Part shown: in pieces, positions 1-9,163 of the stretch
How the letters are laid out: the number at the start of each line of letters is the position of its first letter
Position numbering within the stretch: position 1 is the stretch's first letter
Source: Bacteroidales bacterium
GTDB lineage: Bacteria > Bacteroidota > Bacteroidia > Bacteroidales > VadinHA17
Direction: 5' to 3'
DNA length: 64,000 bases
Assembly (NCBI GenBank): GCA_963668715.1
Contig: OY764960.1
Location: 2,959,602 to 3,023,601 of the forward strand
Notes under the pieces: model-generated
Database searches by the model: none
The model's input: only the letters and a program-made list of their open reading frames with translations
Told to the model about the DNA's origin: nothing
Translations under genes and position numbers: made by a program

Positions 1-1894
1 TATAAAGTTGTGAAGCCGGATTCTTGATAATCTGGCTTTCATCAAGTACGATATAGTGAAAATGAAAGCCTGATATTATATCTATATCCTGTCTTATAGT
101 ATGATAGCTTGATAATATAATATCATGCTCAGGGAAGTATCTCGTAGTTTTCTTTCTTTGGTTGCCTTTATAACTATAAACATGAAGGGATGGTGTGAAC
201 CGTTTTATCTCATTTTCCCAGTTATAGATCAAGGAGGCCGGTACTATCAGCAGTGAAGTCTTTATATTATTATCAGGGGGGAACAGTGTTCCGTTTTCAG
301 GTTCCCTGGCAGTACTGTCTGTCCCGGTCTGGCTATTTATTTCTTTATTGTATTGCAATAAGGCAAGGGTCTGGAGTGTTTTGCCAAGCCCCATATCATC
401 GGCAAGACATCCGCCCAGCTTATTGTTCTGAAGGTAAGCCAGCCATTTCAGGCCTTCAACCTGGTAATCTCTCAGTTCAGCATTCAAACCCTTAGGTAAA
501 CAGAGATCAGGTATGTTATCGGGAACGACAAGTTTTTCAAGCGCAGGGCATATTTTACATTCCTCCTCGTTGAATATGGTATTCAGCAGGGAGAAATGTT
601 GTTTATGTAACCGCAATATGTCATTTGCTGTGTTGCCCAGTTCAAAAAGCTCCCTGTAACTGGCAAACCATTCTTCCGGTAGTATGACTACCGATCCGTC
701 ATCAAGAATAAATTCCCTGTTGCCTTCCAGTATATTTTTGCGAAACCTGATAAAAGGGATCCCGGCTCCGTTTATATATACTATTGCCTGAAGATCGAAC
801 CAGTCATTATCCGTCTCGTAATTGATCTCCAGTTTTAGCGGTTTAAGATTATATATTTTGTCGAGACTTCCGGTAGCAATAACAAATCCTTCCGAGACCA
901 GTTCGTTATATGTCTCATTCAGCCGTTCGACAAGTGAGTATATCTCTTCTTTTCTTTCACCTGATCTGCTCGCTACTGTGAAATTTATATTGTCTTCGCT
1001 GAAGAAACCCAGCTTATTCAGTGTACTGATACATGAAAGCTCCCATGCTATGTCTCTTTTTATCTTACTAAAGATGTACCTTTCATTTTCAAAGATCGTA
1101 TAAGAATTCGCACTATTGTTGTGAAAGAAATCTTTGTCTTTATATCTGAATTTAAGTATAAGGACAGGCAGGTTTAATATGCCCAGTTCCAGTGTAAGAA
1201 AGGCGGTTTTTTCAGGCACAACCTCTTTGATCTCAAATCCTGTTGCCTTAACCGTATGATTATTGATAATATTTTTTACAAAGCCCGAGAAATAATTATC
1301 AATATGTCTTTCGGGGATTATTATCTCATCCTTCGTCAGGAAAGGCAGTAATTTTTTACCTTCTATCTCATCTATCTGTATGAGTGCACCGTTATATCTG
1401 ATCAGACAGGGATAATTGGTCAGTATCTCGATATCATGACCGGCCAGGTTCATTTTATTTCCATCGTGTAGTATCTCAAGCTTGTATGAGTTTTTATCTG
1501 TATTTTTTTTAAATATAAAGACAGGTATGGTTTTACCATTACTTATTGTGAGCAGATCTTCCCGGTGAAGATTCCCTGAGCCGGTCTTATTCCTGTAAAC
1601 GGTTATTGAGTTCTTGTTTATTATTTCAAAACAACTGTACAGTTTTCTCTCAATATAGGGCTTAATATATTTCTCAAATCTGTCCTTATCAATTTTTTCA
1701 GTAAATTCAACAACGTTACGCTCCCTGGAGAACAACCTGAAAAGATGTCTGTCGGAATAACTATTGATCAGTTCTACAAGCTCGATCTGACTTTCAGTTA
1801 GTTCTGTTATGATTCCGGGACTGGCATATGGTGAAAGGCATTCGACAGGGCTGTAATAATCATTACCTTCTTCTTTTTCTATTATCCATGGCAT
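1..1894 (-). CDS. SNF2/RapA-like DEAD/DEAH-box helicase, N-terminal ~630 aa (3' end runs off the window)
   Basis: Absent from the ORF track because it is truncated. I translated the minus strand by hand from the ATG at 1894-1892, which has an in-frame TAA 12 codons upstream. The frame stays open to position 1. SNF2 motifs are near the window edge: LRDYQVEGLKWLAYL, LADDMGLGKTLQTLALL (motif I) and YIVLDESQIIKN (motif II). About 480 aa of unassigned N-terminal domain precede them. Confidence 0.8.
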   Translation of the reverse strand, partial: MPWIIEKEEGNDYYSPVECLSPYASPGIITELTESQIELVELINSYSDRHLFRLFSRERNVVEFTEKIDKDRFEKYIKPYIERKLYSCFEIINKNSITVYRNKTGSGNLHREDLLTISNGKTIPVFIFKKNTDKNSYKLEILHDGNKMNLAGHDIEILTNYPCLIRYNGALIQIDEIEGKKLLPFLTKDEIIIPERHIDNYFSGFVKNIINNHTVKATGFEIKEVVPEKTAFLTLELGILNLPVLILKFRYKDKDFFHNNSANSYTIFENERYIFSKIKRDIAWELSCISTLNKLGFFSEDNINFTVASRSGERKEEIYSLVERLNETYNELVSEGFVIATGSLDKIYNLKPLKLEINYETDNDWFDLQAIVYINGAGIPFIRFRKNILEGNREFILDDGSVVILPEEWFASYRELFELGNTANDILRLHKQHFSLLNTIFNEEECKICPALEKLVVPDNIPDLCLPKGLNAELRDYQVEGLKWLAYLQNNKLGGCLADDMGLGKTLQTLALLQYNKEINSQTGTDSTAREPENGTLFPPDNNIKTSLLIVPASLIYNWENEIKRFTPSLHVYSYKGNQRKKTTRYFPEHDIILSSYHTIRQDIDIISGFHFHYIVLDESQIIKNPASQLY

Positions 1895-2051
1895 AAAGAC
1901 GGGGCCCCATAGCCTGTGGTTACTTAATATTATAACAAAGACGCGATCAGATATTTTTTTCAAAATGTTCAAATCTTATAAAAATCTATATCATGCAATA
2001 ATGGTTAAGATATTACACTTTTCAAAGTAAGTTAAACCACTTTTTTAATTT

Positions 2052-2059
2052 TAATTTTG
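2052..2059 (+). promoter_or_regulatory. Bacteroidota -7 promoter-like box (TAATTTTG, matches TAnnTTTG)
   Basis: TAATTTTG lies 13 nt upstream of the dinB ATG. No clear -33 TTTG was seen. Confidence 0.35.
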
Positions 2060-2071
2060 CATATAAGTACT

Positions 2072-3136
2072 ATGGAAAGGAAAATACTGCATATCGACAT
2101 GGATGCTTTTTTTGCCTCTGTTGAGCAGAATGACAGACCCGGTCTGAAAGGAAAACCTGTTGTGGTTGGTTCACCTTCTGACAGAGGTGTTATAGCGGCA
2201 GCAAGTTATGAGGCCCGAAAATACGGTGTGAGATCTGCCATGCCAAGTACAACGGCGAAGAGGTTATGCCCGGGGCTTATATTTGTAAAACACAGGATGA
2301 GCCGATATAAAGAAGTTTCTGAAGAGGTGTTTGATATATTCCATTCATATACTTCTTATGTTGAAGCCTTGTCGCTTGATGAAGCATTCCTCGATGTCGG
2401 TATGCTTGCATCTGATATAGATGAAGCTGCCATAATAGCCGGAAAGATTAAGAGTAAGATACGTAATAAAACCGGATTGACCTGTTCCGCAGGTGTATCC
2501 GTTAACAAATTTCTTGCAAAGCTGGCATCGGAAATGGATAAGCCTGACGGATTATATATCATATATCCGTCGGATGTTGATCATCTTATCAGTGAGCTGC
2601 CGATAGAGCGTTTTTTCGGGATAGGCAGAGTAACAGCCGATAAGATGCACAGATTTGGTATTCACACCGGGGCCGATCTTAAAAAAGCCGACAGATCGTT
2701 TCTTGACAGGAATTTTGGAAAGGCAGGATGCTTTTTTTATGATATAGCCAGGGGGATAGATACCAGGGAAGTAGACCCCGGTAGGATACGCAAATCAATA
2801 GGCGCCGAACTGACATTTGAAAAAGATCTCATAACTTCTTTTGAAATAATTGCTGAATTGTACAAGCTTGAAAAGGAACTATGGTCAAGGATACAAAAAT
2901 ATGGAAAGACGGGCCGAACAGTAACAGTAAAGGCAAAATTTGACGATTTCACGCAGATTACAAGAAGTAACACTACTGATATCCTGATAGACAGCTTCGA
3001 TCTTCTTCATACCGAAACGGTAAAGCTGAGGAACCAGATAGATTTTAAAAGGAAAAAAGTAAGGTTGCTGGGTGTGACCGTTTCCGGACTGGAAGATGAA
3101 CATCATGATGATGAGCAGCTAAAGATATGGGAATGA
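2072..3136 (+). CDS. dinB: DNA polymerase IV (Y-family translesion polymerase)
   Basis: MERKILHIDMDAFFASVEQ, SLDEAFLDV and the length (~354 aa) are typical of DinB. I prefer the ATG at 2072 over the TTG at 2057 used in the ORF track. Confidence 0.9.
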   Translation: MERKILHIDMDAFFASVEQNDRPGLKGKPVVVGSPSDRGVIAAASYEARKYGVRSAMPSTTAKRLCPGLIFVKHRMSRYKEVSEEVFDIFHSYTSYVEALSLDEAFLDVGMLASDIDEAAIIAGKIKSKIRNKTGLTCSAGVSVNKFLAKLASEMDKPDGLYIIYPSDVDHLISELPIERFFGIGRVTADKMHRFGIHTGADLKKADRSFLDRNFGKAGCFFYDIARGIDTREVDPGRIRKSIGAELTFEKDLITSFEIIAELYKLEKELWSRIQKYGKTGRTVTVKAKFDDFTQITRSNTTDILIDSFDLLHTETVKLRNQIDFKRKKVRLLGVTVSGLEDEHHDDEQLKIWE

Positions 3137-3151
3137 TATATTGATTATAAT

Positions 3152-3209
3152 ATTTCACCACAGGGAAACACTTATTGTTACGGTGTTCCACTGTGGTGAA
3201 ATAGTTTTT
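3152..3209 (+). terminator. Rho-independent terminator hairpin between convergent dinB and the riboswitch-operon end
   Basis: ATTTCACCACAG (3152-3163) pairs with CTGTGGTGAAAT (3191-3202). An inner GGAAACAC/GTGTTCC extension is present, followed by AGTTTTT. Confidence 0.6.
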
Positions 3210-3231
3210 GTCTTGCTCTTTTCAGGCAGGG

Positions 3232-5301
3232 CTATTCGGATGTCCAGTGTCCGTCCAGCAGATCCTGGTATGTCGGATTATAGCTATTACCTGTTATAAC
3301 CCAGTCATCAGCCGTGAATGATGAAACGCAATTACTTAAACCCGAGTAATCAACAAGAGCTTCATTGTATTTTATTGTTATTCCTCCCGTGTTGGTTAAA
3401 GCAGAGAATCCGTCCAGATTAGTAATTGTTGTATTTGTACGGTAACTATCTGCCGATATTGTCAGTATGCCTTCAACGGTTGTCAGTGAAGGCAACTGGA
3501 TATCTGAAATATATCCCCTGTACAGTTGGGTTTTTATACTAAAGTCGCCATGTACTTTTTCAAGTGAAGACAGGCTGAAAACGCCCCCGTCTGCGAAACC
3601 GGTTTGGACCTCCATAGTCCCGACTTCTTTTAATACAGGTATATCAATTGTCGAGCTGTTTTGTAAATAAAATTTACCCCCAACTTCTTCAAGGTCAGGC
3701 AGACTGAATGTTCCTGAGATGTTGGATAAATACAGGCCAAGATCTTCTGTTACCCTGGTGAATCCCATTGTTAAGTCAGTAACATTGCTGTCTGTATTAT
3801 ATCCATATATTGTTACTTTGGTAACTTCTTTGAAACCTGTTATTTCCGCGTTGGAATAATAAAGGTACAGTGTGCCGTCAAATACATCATTGCCCTTAAG
3901 AGAGAAAGAGTTATATATATTTCTCAAATCAATGCTTTCCAGTCCGTCGAAACCTGTAACATCTATTTCTTCAATAGAAGTATTCTGACTATCGTTATAT
4001 ATATAAACTGAAGAAACAGAGCTTAAAGAACTAAAGTCTTCAAGATTGACAAATGGAGTCTGGTATATTGTTAATCCGCTAACTGAGACCAGTGAAGATA
4101 ATCCTGAAAAATTTTCAATAAGATATAAATATCTAAGAGTCAGTTCTTCTCCTACTGTTGTTACAGAATTCAGCCCGTCGAGATCGGCGAGAACAGAAAG
4201 ACTGCTGAGGTACATATTGCCGTAAACAGTTGTCAGTGATGACATATCCAGGCCTGTAAGTACATTCATATCGGATAGAGATACTTCATCAAGTACTATC
4301 TGAAGATTAGGCATGCTAATTGTTTTAACCGAATCCATCCTGGAGATGTCCACGGATGTTGCCATTGTCAGTTCAGGACAGGACAGACTGTTTACAAATG
4401 GCCAGTATGAGCAGGTAAGTACGCCTCCTACGTTTTTCAGGACCGGGAATTCAATCTCTGTCATACCTTTATTTTTGCTCGAACCATAGAAGTACAGATC
4501 TGAAACGACATTTTCCAGCTTGGGAAAATCGACAGATGCAAGTGAATCGGCATTTGAAATCCTAATGCCGTTGCCGACATCAGTCAGTTCGGGAAACTCA
4601 AGTGTTTTGATCCTTTTATTAGATACTGTCAGATCAGACATAATACTGACAAGTGCAGGGAATGATACATCTTCGAGATATTCAAGACTGTTAATATGAA
4701 CCGATCCTGCTTTTTCAAGATTTTCCAGTCCTGTCAGATCAGTCCCTTTGTAGGTCTGATTTATTATCAGGTCATAGTTTACTATTTTCAGTTCCGACAG
4801 GGAAGACAACGATGATATTGAATCTTCTCCCGTTGACATCCCTATTATAAGGTTCCCGTTTATCTCATTAATCTCAAGAGCAGCGAATGCTTCCACGTCG
4901 GCTTGCGTAATAAGTGTTACGTCACCATCATTAACCACGTTGGTCCTTTCAACAGAATAATAATAAACATGGGATGTTTTTTCATATGATGTTATTGTAA
5001 ATGTATATGGTTGATCCCAGTCTGTAACAGCAGAAGGGGAAGGCCTTACGATAGCATTCTCACTTATTGTAATGCTTACTTCAGCACCATCGAGAGACAG
5101 GTTGGCAGGAGCTTTTACTATAATGCTGTCTTCAGATATATGGCCATACAGAATAATATCACCCTGTGTCAGTTCAAAAGAAGAAATAAAATTATCATCT
5201 CCTGTAAAAATAATCTCATCGCGGCTACAGTTATAGAACAGGACAGCCATAAGCAATAAGACAACGAGCTTTTTTATATTATTATATTTCATGATTTCCA
5301 T
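3232..5301 (-). CDS. Predicted surface lipoprotein with leucine-rich / receptor-L-domain-like solenoid repeats (paralog 1)
   Basis: Signal peptide plus lipobox (LFYNCSRDE). An ~100-aa N-terminal beta domain is followed by ~20 degenerate repeats of about 22-24 aa (e.g. LxxLxxVxGxLxI). The C-terminal motif is GNSYNPTYQDLLDGHWT. It is a paralog of 5317..7407. Confidence 0.6.
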   Translation of the reverse strand: MEIMKYNNIKKLVVLLLMAVLFYNCSRDEIIFTGDDNFISSFELTQGDIILYGHISEDSIIVKAPANLSLDGAEVSITISENAIVRPSPSAVTDWDQPYTFTITSYEKTSHVYYYSVERTNVVNDGDVTLITQADVEAFAALEINEINGNLIIGMSTGEDSISSLSSLSELKIVNYDLIINQTYKGTDLTGLENLEKAGSVHINSLEYLEDVSFPALVSIMSDLTVSNKRIKTLEFPELTDVGNGIRISNADSLASVDFPKLENVVSDLYFYGSSKNKGMTEIEFPVLKNVGGVLTCSYWPFVNSLSCPELTMATSVDISRMDSVKTISMPNLQIVLDEVSLSDMNVLTGLDMSSLTTVYGNMYLSSLSVLADLDGLNSVTTVGEELTLRYLYLIENFSGLSSLVSVSGLTIYQTPFVNLEDFSSLSSVSSVYIYNDSQNTSIEEIDVTGFDGLESIDLRNIYNSFSLKGNDVFDGTLYLYYSNAEITGFKEVTKVTIYGYNTDSNVTDLTMGFTRVTEDLGLYLSNISGTFSLPDLEEVGGKFYLQNSSTIDIPVLKEVGTMEVQTGFADGGVFSLSSLEKVHGDFSIKTQLYRGYISDIQLPSLTTVEGILTISADSYRTNTTITNLDGFSALTNTGGITIKYNEALVDYSGLSNCVSSFTADDWVITGNSYNPTYQDLLDGHWTSE

Positions 5302-5316
5302 ATTTGTAGGTTAAAA

Positions 5317-7407
5317 TTATTCATGTGTCCAGCTTCCGGAGGTCATATCCTCGTATGTCGGGTTATATGCATTGTCAGATACATTCCATTCGAAAGAAGA
5401 AAAAGAGGAAATACAATTCTTAAGGCCTTCAAATGAAGCTAAAGCCGACTGATTGGTTATATTAACGCCTGCAACGCTGGTAAGTGCAAGAAAGCCGTCG
5501 AGATCATCCATAAGCGTATTGTACCTTGAATAATTGGGATATGACATAATCGTAAGTATCCCTCCTATTGATTCGAGTGATTCAAATAAAGCCGAAGAGA
5601 GGCTGGTTGCAGTATATCCTGTAGCGAGTGTAAAATTGCCGCTTACCGATTCAAGGGCAGGGAAGCTCAGGGTCTGAACATATTGTGATAATACCTTCAC
5701 ATCAAAATCACCGTCTATTGTCTTAAGCTTTGGAAATTCCATAGTTTCATCTGTTACCCTGTTAAAATGATTAATAATAAAATCTCCTCCGACTTCTTCA
5801 AGGTCGGGAAGGTAGAACCCTGTTTCATTACCGTTTGGCAGATGAAAACCTTTATTTATTTTTTTTATCCCCGCGACATTAACTGAAGTTGAAGTACTCA
5901 GATATCCGCCGAATGAAAGGGAGTCGACTGTACTAAAGCCTTCCAGTTCAGGGAATGCTACGATTATTCCACTGGACACTGATTCATACTGGATACATAA
6001 AGTGCCATGGAAGTCATCATCTCCGATTATTTTTACTCCTTCTGACAGAGCCGATCTTGCAAGGGTTAACTGTCCCAGATCAAGACCCTGTACATATATC
6101 TCAGAAGGTGGGGGAGAATTATAATTATAGAATTTAAGCTCACCTATGCTTGTAAGTGATGAAGGAGCGACAAATGTCTCCATATTAGTTAAGTTATAAA
6201 TAGTAAAAATTCCCCCCACTGAGGTAAGAGAAGGCAGGCAATCAAGATTCCTGATCTTCAGATATTGTAAATAAAGATCATTAGTAACACTGGTAAGTGC
6301 AGACAAGTCAAGATTTTGAAGGCCACTTGTTTCCAGGTCTATGCCTCCTGCCTGCGTTAAGGACGGGAAGCTTAGCTCGGGAATTGATGGTGAATAGATA
6401 TCAATTATTTCAGTGACTTCATGCAGCAAGGGGCAATGTAACAGCATAAGTGACGGCATGTAGTAGATATGTAATCTTGCTGTACTTTTCAGTTCCGGCA
6501 ATTTAAGCTTTGTCGCTTCAGGAAAGCGTGCGAAATATAATTCTCCGGCTTCTTCAAGCCATGGTAATGATACCTCAGAAATATCACCTTTCGAATATGC
6601 ATCGAGTATCTCCAGCCTGCCGCCTGTGTAATGAAGGTTATCGAGAGACAGACTACTCAGGGGGCAGTCTATTGTTGCATCGTTGGAAATACTTGTTAAT
6701 TCACTAAACTGTACTGATGTAATAACTTCGCTTTTGAGATAAATACCTCCCACTGTTTTAAGTCCGGGGAAAGAGACATCGGACAGTGTTTCGATATAAT
6801 CTATTCTTATTTCACCGCCGACTGCCTCAAGCTGGTCAAGTCCGGTAAAATCACTTCCCGAATAAGTAGGATTAATGATAACAGAATAGCCTACTGACTT
6901 TAACTCAGACAGAGCCGAGAGTGACGTAATAGAATCGGTACCAACGGTACGGCCGATAACAAGATTACCTGCTATCGATGTTTTGCCAAGCTCGCCGAAA
7001 GCATCAACTTCGTCCTGGGTTGATAAGACCACTGTCCCTTCGGCATTTATACTGTTTCTGTTTACAGAGTACTGATATAATTTACGGTTACCGTTATAGG
7101 AAGTTACTCCGAATAGTATTTCATCATCCCAGTCGGTTATTGTTTCGGGATCGGGATTAATAGATGCATTTTCGCTAATTGAATAGTTGACAGTTGCCCC
7201 GTCCAGTGATATGTCATCGGGAATGGTCACAATAAGGCTGTCGCCATAAAATGTAACGTTATATGTATTTCCATCCTTTTCAAGCTTAAAGGAAGTTATA
7301 TAATTATCCCGTCCGTCAAAGATAGACGGGTCTTCCGTACATCCTGTAAAAATAAGGCATACAGCAAGTATGGCAATTATAGTTTGTTTTAGTACTGACT
7401 TTTTCAT
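5317..7407 (-). CDS. Predicted surface lipoprotein with leucine-rich / receptor-L-domain-like solenoid repeats (paralog 2)
   Basis: Lipobox IFTGCTEDPS. The architecture and C-terminal motif (SDNAYNPTYEDMTSGSWT) match 3232..5301. The gap to that downstream paralog is 15 nt and the gap to the upstream gene is 21 nt. Confidence 0.6.
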   Translation of the reverse strand: MKKSVLKQTIIAILAVCLIFTGCTEDPSIFDGRDNYITSFKLEKDGNTYNVTFYGDSLIVTIPDDISLDGATVNYSISENASINPDPETITDWDDEILFGVTSYNGNRKLYQYSVNRNSINAEGTVVLSTQDEVDAFGELGKTSIAGNLVIGRTVGTDSITSLSALSELKSVGYSVIINPTYSGSDFTGLDQLEAVGGEIRIDYIETLSDVSFPGLKTVGGIYLKSEVITSVQFSELTSISNDATIDCPLSSLSLDNLHYTGGRLEILDAYSKGDISEVSLPWLEEAGELYFARFPEATKLKLPELKSTARLHIYYMPSLMLLHCPLLHEVTEIIDIYSPSIPELSFPSLTQAGGIDLETSGLQNLDLSALTSVTNDLYLQYLKIRNLDCLPSLTSVGGIFTIYNLTNMETFVAPSSLTSIGELKFYNYNSPPPSEIYVQGLDLGQLTLARSALSEGVKIIGDDDFHGTLCIQYESVSSGIIVAFPELEGFSTVDSLSFGGYLSTSTSVNVAGIKKINKGFHLPNGNETGFYLPDLEEVGGDFIINHFNRVTDETMEFPKLKTIDGDFDVKVLSQYVQTLSFPALESVSGNFTLATGYTATSLSSALFESLESIGGILTIMSYPNYSRYNTLMDDLDGFLALTSVAGVNITNQSALASFEGLKNCISSFSSFEWNVSDNAYNPTYEDMTSGSWTHE

Positions 7408-7428
7408 TATAACAGATTTTTTAGATTT

Positions 7429-9102
7429 TTAATAAAGATGATAGTCATAAGGTGTTCCGGCTTCGCATGATATCTCGCCGACAGCGCTTCCTTTGCCTAT
7501 CATTGCAGTATGTACCTTTACAAAATCGATATATTGCAGATCTATCTCACTGCCGTCTGCCTGAATGGCATTTTCTATAAAAAACAGTGAATTATCTGTT
7601 ACTCCGTCGCCGTAATTATCGACATAACCCCAGTCATAACCGGGAGAGCTTTCTATTTCATCCACCTGCATTGTTGAGGCCAGGCATGTTCCGCATAATG
7701 TATACGAATCTTCTTCGATGAACATAGGGAAATAATAATCCTGGGAATGATAACTGTTATAGTCGACAGAGCTTATTCTTCCGAGATTATCTGTCCACAA
7801 TACATTTTGTTTAGGCTCACCGGGTTTATAATAAGTAATAGCGTATCTCAGTTTTGTTTCTTCTTTACCCGACTCACTTCCTTTCAGTTCATACCATGTG
7901 TCGTTTGGCAGTCCGTCGCCGTTTTCATCCTGCATCACCCATACAATGCCGGGCTCAGACCATCCTGCAAAAGCATTTCCCGTAATTTTCAGGTCAGCGC
8001 CTTCCGAATTATCAACGCTATGGTCAAATCCTACAATATAGTAACCGCCATAAGCGCCAATCATAGCTACTGCCGGGATGGCATTCAGGTTGTTAAGCAC
8101 AGATTCCTTTGTTGTCCCTTCCTGGTAATTGATAAACTGTCCGGGGGCAGGTACAAAATCATATACATAATTTATTATTGAGGTACTGTTCTCATCCTTC
8201 GCGCGATAATATGTGCCTTCCTCATCCACACATTCTACATTAGCTGTGGTGCTGACTATTGATTCACCATCGGTTACCTTTACAGTAACCTCGTATGTTC
8301 CTTTTGCAGAGGGTGTAAAAGTGAAGCATTCACCTGTGGCACTTTGAACAGTGCCATCAACAGACCACTGGAAGCTTGCATTGTCGCTGATATTGCATAA
8401 TACAGGAGCCATCACCAGACTTTTCCCGTAGCAAACACTAAAACGCCGGATCTCATCTTTATTCGATTCAATCCTGTATCTGCCATTATCGAAGAATATC
8501 TCAGGCTCCGGACTTGGTAATACATTAATTGTAATCGCGACCATGTCGGCTCCGTCTTCGTTTTCAACCTTTAATGTCAGGTGATAAATGCCGACTTTGT
8601 CCCGGTTAAATACATAAGTGCTTTCTTCCCCGACCAGTTCCCCGTCGGATTTCCATTTATAGGAAGCATCGTCACTGTTCAAAACCGATTCAGGAGAAAT
8701 TTCGGTATCGGTACCAACGTAAGTGGCAATAACCGTATTAATTGTTATTTCAGGTTCAAGCTTATCGCTGACCGTCACTTTAACCTGATCTTCAGCCGAT
8801 CCGTTTTCAGCATCTACCCTGAATGTCAGGAAGTATTCGCCTATCCGTTCCGCGTTGAACAGATAAAAAGTATCAGTGGAAACTATATTACCGTCCAACT
8901 TCCATGAGTAAAAGGCATCAATAGCATTTGTTACACTAGCTCTTAGCGTATCCTGTTTTCCAACCTTGATACGGTATTCATCCATGGAAAAGCCTATCTC
9001 CGGATCCCCGACTTCGACCGGAGGCTCCTTGATACAGGATTGAATGAAAGCTATAGTCAAACCTGCCAACAACAGGATTTTCAGATTTAATAACTTTTTC
9101 AT
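7429..9102 (-). CDS. Lipoprotein with three to four PKD/Ig-like repeats plus a ~250-aa C-terminal domain of unknown function
   Basis: Lipobox IQSCIKEPP. It carries repeated ~85-aa units (YxWKLDG..., YKWKSDGELV..., FQWSVDGT...) typical of PKD-like Ig folds. The C-terminal domain (PAPGQFIN...GYYIVGFDH...PGIVWVMQDENGDG) is one I cannot name. Confidence 0.55.
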   Translation of the reverse strand: MKKLLNLKILLLAGLTIAFIQSCIKEPPVEVGDPEIGFSMDEYRIKVGKQDTLRASVTNAIDAFYSWKLDGNIVSTDTFYLFNAERIGEYFLTFRVDAENGSAEDQVKVTVSDKLEPEITINTVIATYVGTDTEISPESVLNSDDASYKWKSDGELVGEESTYVFNRDKVGIYHLTLKVENEDGADMVAITINVLPSPEPEIFFDNGRYRIESNKDEIRRFSVCYGKSLVMAPVLCNISDNASFQWSVDGTVQSATGECFTFTPSAKGTYEVTVKVTDGESIVSTTANVECVDEEGTYYRAKDENSTSIINYVYDFVPAPGQFINYQEGTTKESVLNNLNAIPAVAMIGAYGGYYIVGFDHSVDNSEGADLKITGNAFAGWSEPGIVWVMQDENGDGLPNDTWYELKGSESGKEETKLRYAITYYKPGEPKQNVLWTDNLGRISSVDYNSYHSQDYYFPMFIEEDSYTLCGTCLASTMQVDEIESSPGYDWGYVDNYGDGVTDNSLFFIENAIQADGSEIDLQYIDFVKVHTAMIGKGSAVGEISCEAGTPYDYHLY

Positions 9103-9163
9103 ATTTGTTTTATTTGATTAAAAATGATTTTGAAAATTATTTATGTGCTTTAGTATCAATTTT

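Noticed and set aside
253-1103. Plus-strand ORFs 253..495 and 822..1103 from the ORF track
   Set aside because: They lie antisense inside the long uninterrupted SNF2 helicase frame on the minus strand and have low-complexity composition. They are likely spurious.
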